Source: Sessilibacter corallicola
GTDB taxonomy: Bacteria > Pseudomonadota > Gammaproteobacteria > Pseudomonadales > Cellvibrionaceae
Length of the DNA: 64,000 nt
Direction of reading: 5' to 3'
Assembly (NCBI RefSeq): GCF_021290925.1
Contig: NZ_JAJSLX010000002.1
Location: 1,110,235 to 1,174,234, forward strand
A model generated the notes under the pieces. The model saw nothing but the letters and a program-made list of their open reading frames with translations. It did no database searches and was not told the DNA's origin. A program made the translations under genes and the position numbers. Position 1 is the first letter of the stretch. The number at the start of each line of letters is the position of its first letter. Shown piece after piece: positions 19,619 through 30,112 of the stretch.

Positions 19619-21268
19619 TTATAAATGGTTGGCTTTTTCTCTTAACAGAAATTTTTGCACTTTTCCGGTAGAGGTTTTCGGTAGGGTGCCAAAGACAATA
19701 TTTTTCGGTGCTTTAAAATGCGCCATATGTTCGCGACAATACTGAATGATGTCTTTATCGCTGATGCCTTCTGAACCGGGCGTAAGTGCAACAAAAGCAC
19801 AGGGGGTTTCTCCCCATTTTTCATCTTTCTTTGCCACAACGGCCGCTTCTTGAATGTGCGGATGACGATAGAGCACGTCTTCGATTTCAATGGAAGAAAT
19901 ATTTTCTCCACCTGAAATGATAATGTCTTTGGATCGATCTTTAATTTCTGCGTAACCGTCTGGGTGCCAAACAGCGAGATCGCCGGAGTGGAACCAACCG
20001 CCTGAAAAGGATTCATCGGTGGTTTCAGGGTTTTTTAGATAGCCCTTCATGACTAAATTGCCTTGCATGAAAATTTCACCCAAGGTTTTGCCGTCTTTTG
20101 GAACGGGTTTAAGCGTAACTGGATCGGCCACCATAAGACCATCAAGCATAGGTGCGCGCACGCCTTGGCGGGCTTTTAATTTGGCTTTTTCTTCCAGGGG
20201 TTTTGTGTTCCATTCGTCGTGCCAAGAACACACCACCGAAGGGCCGTAGGTTTCTGTTAATCCGTAAACGTGGGTTACGTTAAAGCCGAGTTCTTCCATA
20301 CCGGCAATCACCGAAGCCGGAGGCGCGGCGCCTGCGGTCATAACATCTACTGTGTGATTTATTCCGGCTTTTAGGTCGTCGTCGGCGGCATTAAGCATGT
20401 TTAATACGATGGGCGCGCCACAAAAGTAACCAACTTTTTCGGATTTAATCAGATTAAAAATATCGTCGGCTCTTACGTGTCTTAGGCAAACGTTAACACC
20501 GGTCATTGCGGCAATGGTCCAGGGAAAACACCAGCCGTTGCAGTGGAACATGGGCAAGGTCCAAAGATACACGGGGTGTGGGCTCATGCTCCAAGAAATG
20601 GAATTGCTGATGGCATTTAAATAAGCGCCACGGTGATGGTAAACAACGCCTTTGGGATTACCTGTGGTGCCGGAAGTATAATTGAGGGTAATTGCATCCC
20701 ATTCATCTTGAACGGCAAAGTGGGGGGTATCGAGATTTCCTTCGTTGACGAGGGATTCGTAATCGATGGAACCAATTGTCTCACCGTCTTCCCAGGTTGG
20801 GTCATCAATGTCAACCACCAGCGGTTTATTTTGGCTGAGTTCGAGAGCGGCTTTAACGACGCTACTGAATTCCTTATCGACCAGCAGCACTTTACTTTCG
20901 CCGTGTTCTAAAATAAACGCAATGGCTTGGGCATCAAGGCGAATATTAATAGAATTTAAAACGGCGCCCGCCATTGGAATAGCAAAATGGGCTTCAAAAT
21001 GCTCCGGTAAATTGGGGGCGATAATAGAGACAGTATCACCTGGATTAATGCCTCGGCTGCGTAATGCGTTGGCAAGTTTTAAACAACGGTCGTAGGTTTC
21101 TTTCCAAGTTCGATGAACGCTTCCGTAAACAGTGGCCGTGCGATTCGGGTAGACACTGGCGGCGCGTTGTAAAAATGTGATTGGGGATAAAGCGGCGTAA
21201 TTGGCTTGGTTTTTTTCTAAGCCAACATTAAATACTGTGTTGTTTTCATTATTCACATAGGTATTCAT
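19619..21268 (-). CDS. AMP-dependent acyl-CoA synthetase/ligase (medium/short-chain fatty acid-CoA ligase)
   Basis: 549 aa with the AMP-binding motif YTSGTTGNPKGV and C-terminal GWFHSGD…K motifs. Confidence 0.85.
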   Translation of the reverse strand: MNTYVNNENNTVFNVGLEKNQANYAALSPITFLQRAASVYPNRTATVYGSVHRTWKETYDRCLKLANALRSRGINPGDTVSIIAPNLPEHFEAHFAIPMAGAVLNSINIRLDAQAIAFILEHGESKVLLVDKEFSSVVKAALELSQNKPLVVDIDDPTWEDGETIGSIDYESLVNEGNLDTPHFAVQDEWDAITLNYTSGTTGNPKGVVYHHRGAYLNAISNSISWSMSPHPVYLWTLPMFHCNGWCFPWTIAAMTGVNVCLRHVRADDIFNLIKSEKVGYFCGAPIVLNMLNAADDDLKAGINHTVDVMTAGAAPPASVIAGMEELGFNVTHVYGLTETYGPSVVCSWHDEWNTKPLEEKAKLKARQGVRAPMLDGLMVADPVTLKPVPKDGKTLGEIFMQGNLVMKGYLKNPETTDESFSGGWFHSGDLAVWHPDGYAEIKDRSKDIIISGGENISSIEIEDVLYRHPHIQEAAVVAKKDEKWGETPCAFVALTPGSEGISDKDIIQYCREHMAHFKAPKNIVFGTLPKTSTGKVQKFLLREKANHL

Positions 21269-21365
21269 TTTATTTGCCTCGCTTAAATTCTTTTATCGTT
21301 ATTGGTCATCAAGGAGTATCGATCAATGTTTGCAGCGTGTTACAAGTAACGTGCAACACGCTGTT

Positions 21366-22211
21366 TTAATACGTGTAAAAACCGCGTTGGCTTTTTCTTC
21401 CCAGATACCCAGCGTCAACCATTTGTTGCAATAACGGAGCGGGGCGATACTTGGGATCAGAAAATTTCTCGTACAGTACTTTCATAATGCTTAAGCACGT
21501 ATCCAGCCCGATTAAATCCGCCAACGCTAACGGGCCGATGGGTTGTGAAGCACCCAACTTCATGATCTCGTCGATGTGTTCGGCGCTTGCGCAATCTTCT
21601 TCCAGAATAAATATTGCCTCGTTGATCATGGGTAACAATATTCGGTTTAGTACGAAAGCGGGTTTATCCTTGACGGGGATGGCAACCTTTCCGGCTTTTT
21701 CTGCAACCTGAATAATTGCAGCCGTTGTGGTTTTATCGGTGCGCAAGCCATTGATGATTTCCACCAGATTCATCATGGGCACCGGATTCATAAAGTGCAT
21801 ACCAATCACTTTTTCTGGTCGCTGGGTTTGCGCGGCCAAGCGAGTGATAGAAAGCGACGAGGTGTTGCTAGCAATAATGCACGCGCTTTGACAGATTTCG
21901 TCTAATTGCCGAAAAATCGTCGATTTAATCGTTTCGTCTTCGGGCGCCGCTTCGATTGCGAGATCACAATCAGCGAGTTCGTTAATCTCAGTACAACAAT
22001 GAATGTTATCGATTACTAATTGCGGATCACTATCAATTAATGCTTTCTTTTTTAGCTTGCTTAGGCTGTGGTTGATGGTTGCGAGTGCGTTATCTAATAC
22101 GTTTTGTTTTAAATCAACCAGGGTAACTTTAAAACCTGCGGTTGCGAGAACTTGCGCAATTCCCAAACCCATTTGTCCTGCACCGACAACACCAATATGT
22201 TCAATGGTCAT
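21366..22211 (-). CDS. 3-hydroxyacyl-CoA (3-hydroxybutyryl-CoA) dehydrogenase
   Basis: 281 aa with a Rossmann GxGxxG fold (IGVVGAGQMGLGIA) and a 3HCDH C-terminal domain. Confidence 0.85.
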   Translation of the reverse strand: MTIEHIGVVGAGQMGLGIAQVLATAGFKVTLVDLKQNVLDNALATINHSLSKLKKKALIDSDPQLVIDNIHCCTEINELADCDLAIEAAPEDETIKSTIFRQLDEICQSACIIASNTSSLSITRLAAQTQRPEKVIGMHFMNPVPMMNLVEIINGLRTDKTTTAAIIQVAEKAGKVAIPVKDKPAFVLNRILLPMINEAIFILEEDCASAEHIDEIMKLGASQPIGPLALADLIGLDTCLSIMKVLYEKFSDPKYRPAPLLQQMVDAGYLGRKSQRGFYTY

Positions 22212-22236
22212 GAAACTCTCTCAGAAAATTGAGCGA

Positions 22237-23160
22237 TTAAAAATTATTACGTTTGAATTTTAAGAATTGTCCGACAATGCCGCTTCTAAAACTGAGTACA
22301 CAAACAACAAAGACGATACCCATAATAATGTGAATGTAATTGCCGAGTTCGCCGCCGGATAAATAGTTTTGCATGGTTACTACCAATCCTGCCCCTAAAA
22401 TTGGACCGAGCATGGTGCCAACGCCGCCGACGAGAGTCATTAAAATAACTTCGCCCGACATATGCCAATGAACATCAGTCAGCGACGCCAAATTAAAGAC
22501 CAACGCTTTGGTTGAGCCCGCCAGTGATGCCAGTGCGGCAGAGATAATAAAGGCCACCCATTTATAGCGATTCACTTCATAACCCAATGATATCGCCCGG
22601 TCTTCGTTTTCACGGATGGCTTTTAATACTTGGCCAAACGGTGAATGCACGGTGCGATTAATCAGCCAATAGCCGAGTATAAAAATGGCGAGTACAAAAT
22701 AATACATGGCGAAATTATTGGTTAAATCGACAAGACCGAATACCGCTCCGCGCGGAACGCCTTGCATGCCGTCTTCACCGTTGGTGAATGGTGCTTGCAA
22801 GTAGAAGAAGAACACTAATTGTGCGAGAGCTAAGGTAACCATGGCAAAATAAATGCCTTCGCGTTTAACTGCTAATTTACCGAAGATTGCACCGAGCATG
22901 CCGCCGGCAATCATCCCTAAAATAATCGCCAGTTCAGGGGATAAACCGGTATTAATCATTAAATAACCGGTAACGTAACCGCCGGTTCCTAAAAAGGCGG
23001 CGTGACCGAAAGACAGTAATCCCGCGTACCCTAACAATAAATTGAATGCACAGGCAAACAGCGCGAAACATAAAATTTTAGCGAGAAACACCGGATAAAA
23101 AATTGTGGGTGCAACGAGTGCTATGGCAAGTAGAATAAGATTGAGTTTTGTGTCGTTCAT
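22237..23160 (-). CDS. Branched-chain-amino-acid-type ABC transporter permease (LivM-like)
   Basis: 307 aa, polytopic membrane protein of the BPD_transp_2 family. Confidence 0.8.
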   Translation of the reverse strand: MNDTKLNLILLAIALVAPTIFYPVFLAKILCFALFACAFNLLLGYAGLLSFGHAAFLGTGGYVTGYLMINTGLSPELAIILGMIAGGMLGAIFGKLAVKREGIYFAMVTLALAQLVFFFYLQAPFTNGEDGMQGVPRGAVFGLVDLTNNFAMYYFVLAIFILGYWLINRTVHSPFGQVLKAIRENEDRAISLGYEVNRYKWVAFIISAALASLAGSTKALVFNLASLTDVHWHMSGEVILMTLVGGVGTMLGPILGAGLVVTMQNYLSGGELGNYIHIIMGIVFVVCVLSFRSGIVGQFLKFKRNNF

Positions 23161-23162
23161 GA

Positions 23163-24050
23163 TTATGCCTCTTTGCCAAACAAGCCCGCAGGCTTAAGTA
23201 GTAGCACGACAACCATTACCAGAAAAATAATGGTGTTTGATGCCTCTGGGTAAAAATACTTGGTGAGACCTTCGATGATACCCATACCCAGCCCGGTAAT
23301 AATCGCACCGCCAATAGAACCCATGCCACCAATAACAACAATGGCGAAGACAACAATTAATACGTTCGAACCCATGTCGGGAGAAACCGAATACACCGGT
23401 GCCGCCATTACGCCCGCGAATCCAGCAAGCGCAACACCAAAGCCAAAGGTAAGAGTTACCATTAATGGCACGTTGATTCCGAATGCTTGCATGAGTTTTG
23501 GGTTTTCAGTTCCAGCGCGAAGATAAGCGCCGAGCCGAGTTTTTTCGATCATCCACCAAGTGCCAAAACAAACAACGATTGATGCGACGATGATCCAAGC
23601 CCGGTAATTCGGTAAATACATAAACGGTAGACGAGTGCCGCCTTTTAATGCTTCGGGAACCGAATAGGACAATCCCGATGAACCAAAGGTGTGAGTGAAC
23701 GCGCCTTGAATAATTAACGCTAAGCCAAAGGTAAGCAGTAGACTGTATAAGTGGTCTTCGTTTGCAATGGGACGAATTAAAAAGCGTTCCATTAAGATAC
23801 CAACCATTCCAACCGCTATGGGTACCAGTATTAATGCGTACCAATAATTAATGCCCAAATACTTTAACGCCAATAACGCTAAAAAGGCACCCAACATGTA
23901 TAAAGCCCCTTGGGCGAAGTTAATTATTTTTAGTAAGCCAAAAATAATCGCTAAGCCGAGGCTCAATAACGCATAAAATGAACCATTAATAAGTCCAACT
24001 AATAATTGTCCAAATAATGCAAATAAATTAATACCAAAGACGGTAATCAT
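23163..24050 (-). CDS. Branched-chain-amino-acid-type ABC transporter permease (LivH-like)
   Basis: 295 aa, polytopic. Translationally adjacent to the LivM-like gene. Confidence 0.8.
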   Translation of the reverse strand: MITVFGINLFALFGQLLVGLINGSFYALLSLGLAIIFGLLKIINFAQGALYMLGAFLALLALKYLGINYWYALILVPIAVGMVGILMERFLIRPIANEDHLYSLLLTFGLALIIQGAFTHTFGSSGLSYSVPEALKGGTRLPFMYLPNYRAWIIVASIVVCFGTWWMIEKTRLGAYLRAGTENPKLMQAFGINVPLMVTLTFGFGVALAGFAGVMAAPVYSVSPDMGSNVLIVVFAIVVIGGMGSIGGAIITGLGMGIIEGLTKYFYPEASNTIIFLVMVVVLLLKPAGLFGKEA

Positions 24051-24138
24051 AGAAAATCTCTAATGCCGTACAAATACTTAAAAATAGTGTCTGTTTTTAG
24101 GTGGGAAACGTCCTTGTTTCCTAAATCCGAGCATGTCG

Positions 24139-25359
24139 TTAAGAAAAGTTACAGCTTGCTTGAATGGGGTTGTACGCCTCTTCCCCAGGAATAACCTTGA
24201 TGACGTTATAAATGTCGCCTTTATTTTTACGTTCCGATTGCTTTTTGATTTCAACGTACAGCATGTCGTGAACCATGCGACCATCGGCGCGCAGTTGTGC
24301 GTTTCTAGAAAAGAAATCATCGGGTTTTGTTTGTTTCATGTGTTTGATGACTTTGTCGGAATCGTCACTGCCAACTGCTTTTACGGAATTTAAATAGTGG
24401 GTGGTTGCAGAGTACACACCCGCGTGAATCATACTCGGTATACCGCCGTGACGCTGTTCAAAGCGCTGGCTCCAATCGCGGGCTTTGTCGTCAATGTCCC
24501 AATAAAAACCCGTGGTTAATCGCATACCACTGGCAACGGCTGGGTCCATCGCCTGTGCGTTCTGAGTAAATACCAGCAAACCGGCGATGTCCATTTGTTC
24601 GGTTAATCCAAATTCGGTGGCCGCTTTTAATGCATTCACTGTATCGTTACCCGCATTAGCCAATGCAACAACATCGGCTCCTGATGCTTGAGCTTGCAAC
24701 ACGTAGGATGAAAAATCCGTTGTGCCCAGTGGTGCTCTCACATGACCAACAACTTTACCGCCTTTTTCTTTAATTACTTTTGAAGCTACCGATTCTAACG
24801 CGTGACCAAAGCTGTAATCGGCGGTAATGAAAAACCAATTTTTCTTACCGGATTCGACCATCGGTTTTACCGTGCCGTTAGCCAACGCGACAACGTTGTA
24901 GGTCCAATGCACATTGTAGGGATTACAGGTTTTGGTGGTGAAGGTGTTTGAGGCCGAGCCAGAAATCAGAGTGATTTTTTTATTGTCGACATTCACTTTT
25001 GAAACCGCGCCCGAAACCGCCGAGGAAACCAAACCACCGATGGTATCGACGCCTTCATTTTCTACCCATTTTCGAGCAATCGAAGAAGCAATATCGGGTT
25101 TTAATTGCGAATCGGCGGACACCAGTTCGATTTTATTTCCCAGCACTTTTCCACCAAAATCTTCAATCGCCATTTCTGCGGCAGTAACACAGCCTTTTCC
25201 GCAAATATCGGCGTAGGTGCCGCCCATATCGGCGAGTATTCCCAGTTTTACTTTCCCATCTGCGACGGCGAAGGAATTCATGGATAAGGCGGTGGCGATA
25301 ACGCCAGTGGTAATTGCGCTCGCGATGGACTTTCGGACAGTTTTCATGATTGGCTCCAA
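24139..25359 (-). CDS. ABC transporter periplasmic substrate-binding protein (LivK/LivJ family, Peripla_BP_6-like)
   Basis: 406 aa with a signal peptide (…IATALSMNSFAVADG) and a type I periplasmic binding fold pattern. Confidence 0.8.
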   Translation of the reverse strand: MEPIMKTVRKSIASAITTGVIATALSMNSFAVADGKVKLGILADMGGTYADICGKGCVTAAEMAIEDFGGKVLGNKIELVSADSQLKPDIASSIARKWVENEGVDTIGGLVSSAVSGAVSKVNVDNKKITLISGSASNTFTTKTCNPYNVHWTYNVVALANGTVKPMVESGKKNWFFITADYSFGHALESVASKVIKEKGGKVVGHVRAPLGTTDFSSYVLQAQASGADVVALANAGNDTVNALKAATEFGLTEQMDIAGLLVFTQNAQAMDPAVASGMRLTTGFYWDIDDKARDWSQRFEQRHGGIPSMIHAGVYSATTHYLNSVKAVGSDDSDKVIKHMKQTKPDDFFSRNAQLRADGRMVHDMLYVEIKKQSERKNKGDIYNVIKVIPGEEAYNPIQASCNFS

Positions 25360-25395
25360 TGAGTTTTTATTATTTTTTTGGCAAGTCTTTTGGGG

Positions 25396-26148
25396 TTAAA
25401 CACCGAGGTATGTATTTAATAACTCAGCTTTTTCTTGTAACTGATTTGCTTTCACTTCCTCGACAATGTGGCCGTGTTCCATCACGTAATGTCGATCTGC
25501 AATCGGTGCTGCAAAACGGAAATTTTGTTCCACCAATAAAATGGTGAGTCCTCGTTCTTTTAATTGATTGAGAACCTCGCCAAGTTTTTGAACGATAACC
25601 GGCGCTAAACCTTCGGTAATTTCGTCTAACAATAAAATGTTGGCACCGGTTCTTAAGATTCTTGCCAAGGCCAGCATCTGTTGTTCGCCGCCTGAAAGCT
25701 TATTGCCCTGGCTGGTGCGGCGCTCTAACAGATTGGGAAACATGGTGTAAATTTCTTCAACGCTCATGCCATCGGAACGGACTTTGGGCGGTAACATTAA
25801 ATTTTCTTCAACATTTAAACTCGCGAATATGCCGCGTTCTTCCGGGCAAAACCCCAACCCTAAATGGGCAATTTTGTGCGCTGGTAAATTGAGCGTGTCT
25901 TGTCCGTTAATAACAATTTGCCCGCTGCGTTTACCCACCATATTCATGATGGCTTTTAACGTGGTTGATCGACCCGAACCGTTGCGACCAATCAGAGTGA
26001 CTAATTCACCTTGATTAACGGTCATATCGATACCGTGAAGAATGTGTGATTCGCCGTAAAAAGCGTGCAAATTGCTGATTCGAATTTTTTCTCGGTGATT
26101 GCCGGTTTGGGCCTGGGTTTGGTGATCAATGTTGACGTGCTGATTCAT
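25396..26148 (-). CDS. ABC transporter ATP-binding protein (LivF-like)
   Basis: 250 aa with Walker A GRNGSGRSTT, signature LSGGEQQ and Walker B LLLDE. Confidence 0.85.
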   Translation of the reverse strand: MNQHVNIDHQTQAQTGNHREKIRISNLHAFYGESHILHGIDMTVNQGELVTLIGRNGSGRSTTLKAIMNMVGKRSGQIVINGQDTLNLPAHKIAHLGLGFCPEERGIFASLNVEENLMLPPKVRSDGMSVEEIYTMFPNLLERRTSQGNKLSGGEQQMLALARILRTGANILLLDEITEGLAPVIVQKLGEVLNQLKERGLTILLVEQNFRFAAPIADRHYVMEHGHIVEEVKANQLQEKAELLNTYLGV

Positions 26149-26945
26149 GAAGCCACCTCTACCGAGCTGTGTTGGTCTTGGTTTTCGTCGCTGGTTCCTA
26201 AATAGGCTTCTCGCACTTCGGGATCACTGGATACCGTGGCGTAATCGCCTTCGGTCAGAATCGCGCCGCGTTGCAATACAGTAATTCGATCCGCTAACTG
26301 GGAGACAACGTGCAGATTGTGCTCAACCATTAAAATGGTTCTGTTTTCTGAAACTTGCTGGATAAGATCCGTGACTAGGCCTACGTCTTCGTGACCCATG
26401 CCCTGAGTGGGTTCATCCAGTAACATTAATTCGGGTTCGAGAGCGAGGGTGGTGGCGATCTCTAGGGCGCGCTTGCGGCCGTAGGATAAATCCACGGTAA
26501 TGGTGTCAGCAAAACGCTCTAAGCCAACGGATTTTAATAGCTCCTGAGCTTTTTGGTTGAGCGTGTTGAGAACGGATTCGTGTTTCCAGAAATGAAAGCT
26601 GGTGCCTTCTTTGCGTTGCAGTGCAATGCGCACATTTTCAAGTACCGTTAGGTGTGGGAAAACGGCGGAGATTTGGAACGATCGAATAACGCCTTTGCGG
26701 GCAATGGCTGCGGGCTCTAGGCGGGTAATGTCTTCGCCGTTAAATCGTATAGTGCCAGAGGTGGGTCGCAAAAACTTTGTCAGAAGGTTAAAAACCGTGG
26801 TTTTACCGGCGCCATTGGGGCCAATAAGTGCATGAATGTGGCCGCGTTTTATGTTCAGATTAACGCTACTAACAGCGGTGAAGCCTTTGAATGATTTGGT
26901 GAGTTGCTCAGTTTCAAGAATATAATCTTGCTTTGCATGCGTCAT
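26145..26945 (-). CDS. ABC transporter ATP-binding protein (LivG-like)
   Basis: 266 aa with Walker A GPNGAGKTT, the LSYG signature and the LivG-type C-terminal extension. Confidence 0.85.
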   Translation of the reverse strand: MTHAKQDYILETEQLTKSFKGFTAVSSVNLNIKRGHIHALIGPNGAGKTTVFNLLTKFLRPTSGTIRFNGEDITRLEPAAIARKGVIRSFQISAVFPHLTVLENVRIALQRKEGTSFHFWKHESVLNTLNQKAQELLKSVGLERFADTITVDLSYGRKRALEIATTLALEPELMLLDEPTQGMGHEDVGLVTDLIQQVSENRTILMVEHNLHVVSQLADRITVLQRGAILTEGDYATVSSDPEVREAYLGTSDENQDQHSSVEVAS

Positions 26946-27220
26946 CGGGTCGTTGCTCTTATTGTTATATCGCAGATATTTACTTAAATAGCAGCATTAA
27001 TAGTTGCGTTACTTGCATATTGTTAAGAGCAGACGATAAGTCACAATCGTTGCGAAACTGTTTGGTAAATCTAACCGAGAATATCGAAATCTAACGAAAT
27101 GTAACAAAACTGCTCGGTTTGTTAACTTTGTGATACATTCTCAGTTGTGCTTTACGAGCATTGATTGGCACAGAAAAATCCACACAACAATTATTCACAT
27201 AACAACAATAAGAATAGATA

Positions 27221-30112
27221 GTGTATCGCCGCTCACCCATTACAATTCGTTTATTTTTAATGCTTATGGTCTTAATCGGGAGCATTTTTGGCTCGATTTA
27301 TTGGTTTACAGTTCCGCTGATTAAAGACAACGTATTCAGTCTGGAACTGCACGCCAATCGTCAGGTGTTGAATATCGTCTATGATTTGGCTAACCGCATG
27401 TACGCCAGCACCGAGACCTACGTCGACACCACGTTGAAATCCCACGAGCAGCGGCTGGGCTCAATTTTAAATGTCACCGAAAATTTTATTGAGACAACCT
27501 TAGACAAAGGTCGTAAGCAGGGTATTCCAGAAGAACAAATTTGGGCGACGATTTTTTCTGAATTGCGGCAATTTAATTTCGGCAATAATGACTATTTATG
27601 GATTGCCGATTACAACGCCCAACTGATTTCTCACCCGTCGGATCGGTTTCATCAGCGAGACATGTCTGATTTTTCTGACCCCACAGGCACACGCATTATT
27701 CCCGACATTATTCAATCGGTGAAAGGGCAGGGCGAGGGCTTCTATAAATACAAATGGAGCCGCTTAGACAGCACCGATGTTATCGATAAATACTCCTACG
27801 TTCGCAATTATCCCGAGTGGAATTTTGTGATTGGCGCAGGTGTTTATATTGAAGATATCGAACAAGAAGTTGAGGCGCAAAAGCAGCAAGCCATTTTAGA
27901 AATCAATAAGGCATTAGAAAATGTCACCATTGCCCAAAACGGCTATTTATTTGTGTTTGATGCCGCAGGCAATATGTTGTTTCATCCCAACCCCAATATT
28001 CACGGCATCAACTTTAAGCGTTTGCTTAATCCCGTGACTCAAAATCCAATTTACTTAGATTTAATTCAAGCCGCCGATTCTGGTGAAGAGCTTTACTACA
28101 AGTGGGATCGGCCAGATGACCAAGGGCAGTACATTTACGAAAAATTATCGTTGGTTCGGCATTTGTCGGGCTTTGATTGGTATATCAGTTCGTCGGTTTA
28201 TTTAGATGATTTAAAAGCCAGTTCCGTTCAGTTAAGTCAACGCATTATGGCGATGGGTTTGCTGGGATTAATCGCCGCTATTGGTGCCGCATTTTTGTTT
28301 GCCGAATGGTTAACAACGCCGATTAAAAAACTGTCGTTAACGGCCTATAAAATCAGCCGTGGTAACCTGTCGGCAAAAACTGGCATTAACCGCAATGATG
28401 AAATCGGTTCCCTGGCAGAATCCTTCGATTTAATGGTAGATCGACTAAAAGATAATATCGATACCTTAAATGTCCGTGTTAAATCAAGAACAAGAGAGTT
28501 GTCGGAATCTAATGTGCAATTATTGCAAGCGGTAGACTCACTCGAAAAAACACAAACTGAGTTAAAAATTGTTGAGCGTCGCCAGCGTATGATTTTGGAT
28601 GCGCTACCTGCACAAATTGCGTATTTCGATTCGCAATTGAATATTGTATTTGCGAATGAAAAATATCGAGAAGTTTTTCATCAGTCTGAGGGCGATATTC
28701 AAGGCAAAGCTTTGGTGGATGTGCTCGGGCAAGAGATGTACCAAACAATTTGTCCTTATATTGATCAAGCTAAAAAAGGCGAGCATCCGGTCTATGAGTA
28801 TCGATTGCAGTACCAGGGCAAAGAAATTATTACGCGGCGAACATTAATTCCTTTTTTGGATGATAAAAATGAGGTCAATGGTTTTCTTACCTTATCGATT
28901 GATATTACCCACGAGCGTGAGGCCGAACGGCGCATGGCCGAAGCCAGTAAAATGAAAGCGGTTGGGCAAATGTCGGGCGGTTTGGCGCACGACTTTAATA
29001 ATTTGCTGAGCATTATTTTGGGTAATTTAATGCAGTTGCAAAACCATTACTCTATGGACGGTGGACAATTGGCGTATTTAACGCCTGCCATTCGTGCTAC
29101 AAGACGCGGTGCCGACATGACCAAACGTTTACTCGCGTTTGCGCGCAAGCAGCCGTTGCAGCCGTCTTCTGTAAAACCAGAAACCTTAATTGGCGAATTA
29201 ATTGATTTGCTTGTTGCGCCCTTGCCAGAAAATATTCGCTTGCACACCCAAATACATTCCAATGTGCCCAATGTGTATGTGGATGCGGCGCAATTGGAAG
29301 ATACCTTAGTAAATTTAGTGCTTAATTCGGCCGATGCAATGCCTAATGGGGGCGAATTACGATTATTGGTTACCTCTATTCAGGCCGATTCGACGTGTAT
29401 TTTAAAGGCCACATTTGACGAAACCGTTGAACCCGGCACTTATGTGATGATTAGCGTGTTAGACGAAGGTACAGGGTTTTCGGAAGAAGCGTTAAGCAAA
29501 GCTTATGAGCCGTTCTTTACGACAAAATCCGTCGGTGCAGGCTCTGGGTTGGGTTTAAGTATGGTTTACGGTTTTGTTAAACAGTCAAAAGGGTATTTGC
29601 GTATTCAAAATCGACACGATAACTCGTTGGGGGCACGCGTCGATTTGTTGTTGCCCATAACCACAGATCACACCGATCATAAAGTGATTACTGAATCGGT
29701 AGACAACACGTTAACACATTCATCAGACACCAATTTGGTGTTATTGGTAGAAGACAACGCCGACCTTCGAAAATTGGTTCGCCAACAATTAATGGATTCG
29801 GATTATTCCGTCATTGAAGCCGGTAATGGCGACGAAGCATTGGCGATGTTAACCGGGTTAGAGCAGCTTGCTGGAGTTGTAAGCGATGTGGTTATGCCAG
29901 GAGAGGCCGACGGTTATCAAGTGGCGAGCGCCGTTAACGTGTGCCACCCACAGGCGTTTATTATTTTAATGACCGGGTACACAGAGTCCGAACCGCCCGT
30001 CGATTTTAATATATCGTTATTGCACAAACCGTTTGACCCGCAAGCCTTGCGGCGCGTTTTACCCAACCGTATGAACAAAAATAATAATGGGGTTGTTTAT
30101 GAGCGAATTTGA
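27221..30112 (+). CDS. Hybrid sensor histidine kinase (dCache periplasmic sensor, HAMP, PAS, HisKA, HATPase, C-terminal receiver)
   Basis: 963 aa with two TM segments flanking a ~300-aa periplasmic domain. Motifs: HAMP (…IGSLAESFDLMVDRL…), H-box SGGLAHDFNNLL, G-boxes (GTGFSEEAL…GSGLGLSMV), receiver (LLVEDNADLRKLV…). Confidence 0.85.
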   Translation: MYRRSPITIRLFLMLMVLIGSIFGSIYWFTVPLIKDNVFSLELHANRQVLNIVYDLANRMYASTETYVDTTLKSHEQRLGSILNVTENFIETTLDKGRKQGIPEEQIWATIFSELRQFNFGNNDYLWIADYNAQLISHPSDRFHQRDMSDFSDPTGTRIIPDIIQSVKGQGEGFYKYKWSRLDSTDVIDKYSYVRNYPEWNFVIGAGVYIEDIEQEVEAQKQQAILEINKALENVTIAQNGYLFVFDAAGNMLFHPNPNIHGINFKRLLNPVTQNPIYLDLIQAADSGEELYYKWDRPDDQGQYIYEKLSLVRHLSGFDWYISSSVYLDDLKASSVQLSQRIMAMGLLGLIAAIGAAFLFAEWLTTPIKKLSLTAYKISRGNLSAKTGINRNDEIGSLAESFDLMVDRLKDNIDTLNVRVKSRTRELSESNVQLLQAVDSLEKTQTELKIVERRQRMILDALPAQIAYFDSQLNIVFANEKYREVFHQSEGDIQGKALVDVLGQEMYQTICPYIDQAKKGEHPVYEYRLQYQGKEIITRRTLIPFLDDKNEVNGFLTLSIDITHEREAERRMAEASKMKAVGQMSGGLAHDFNNLLSIILGNLMQLQNHYSMDGGQLAYLTPAIRATRRGADMTKRLLAFARKQPLQPSSVKPETLIGELIDLLVAPLPENIRLHTQIHSNVPNVYVDAAQLEDTLVNLVLNSADAMPNGGELRLLVTSIQADSTCILKATFDETVEPGTYVMISVLDEGTGFSEEALSKAYEPFFTTKSVGAGSGLGLSMVYGFVKQSKGYLRIQNRHDNSLGARVDLLLPITTDHTDHKVITESVDNTLTHSSDTNLVLLVEDNADLRKLVRQQLMDSDYSVIEAGNGDEALAMLTGLEQLAGVVSDVVMPGEADGYQVASAVNVCHPQAFIILMTGYTESEPPVDFNISLLHKPFDPQALRRVLPNRMNKNNNGVVYERI

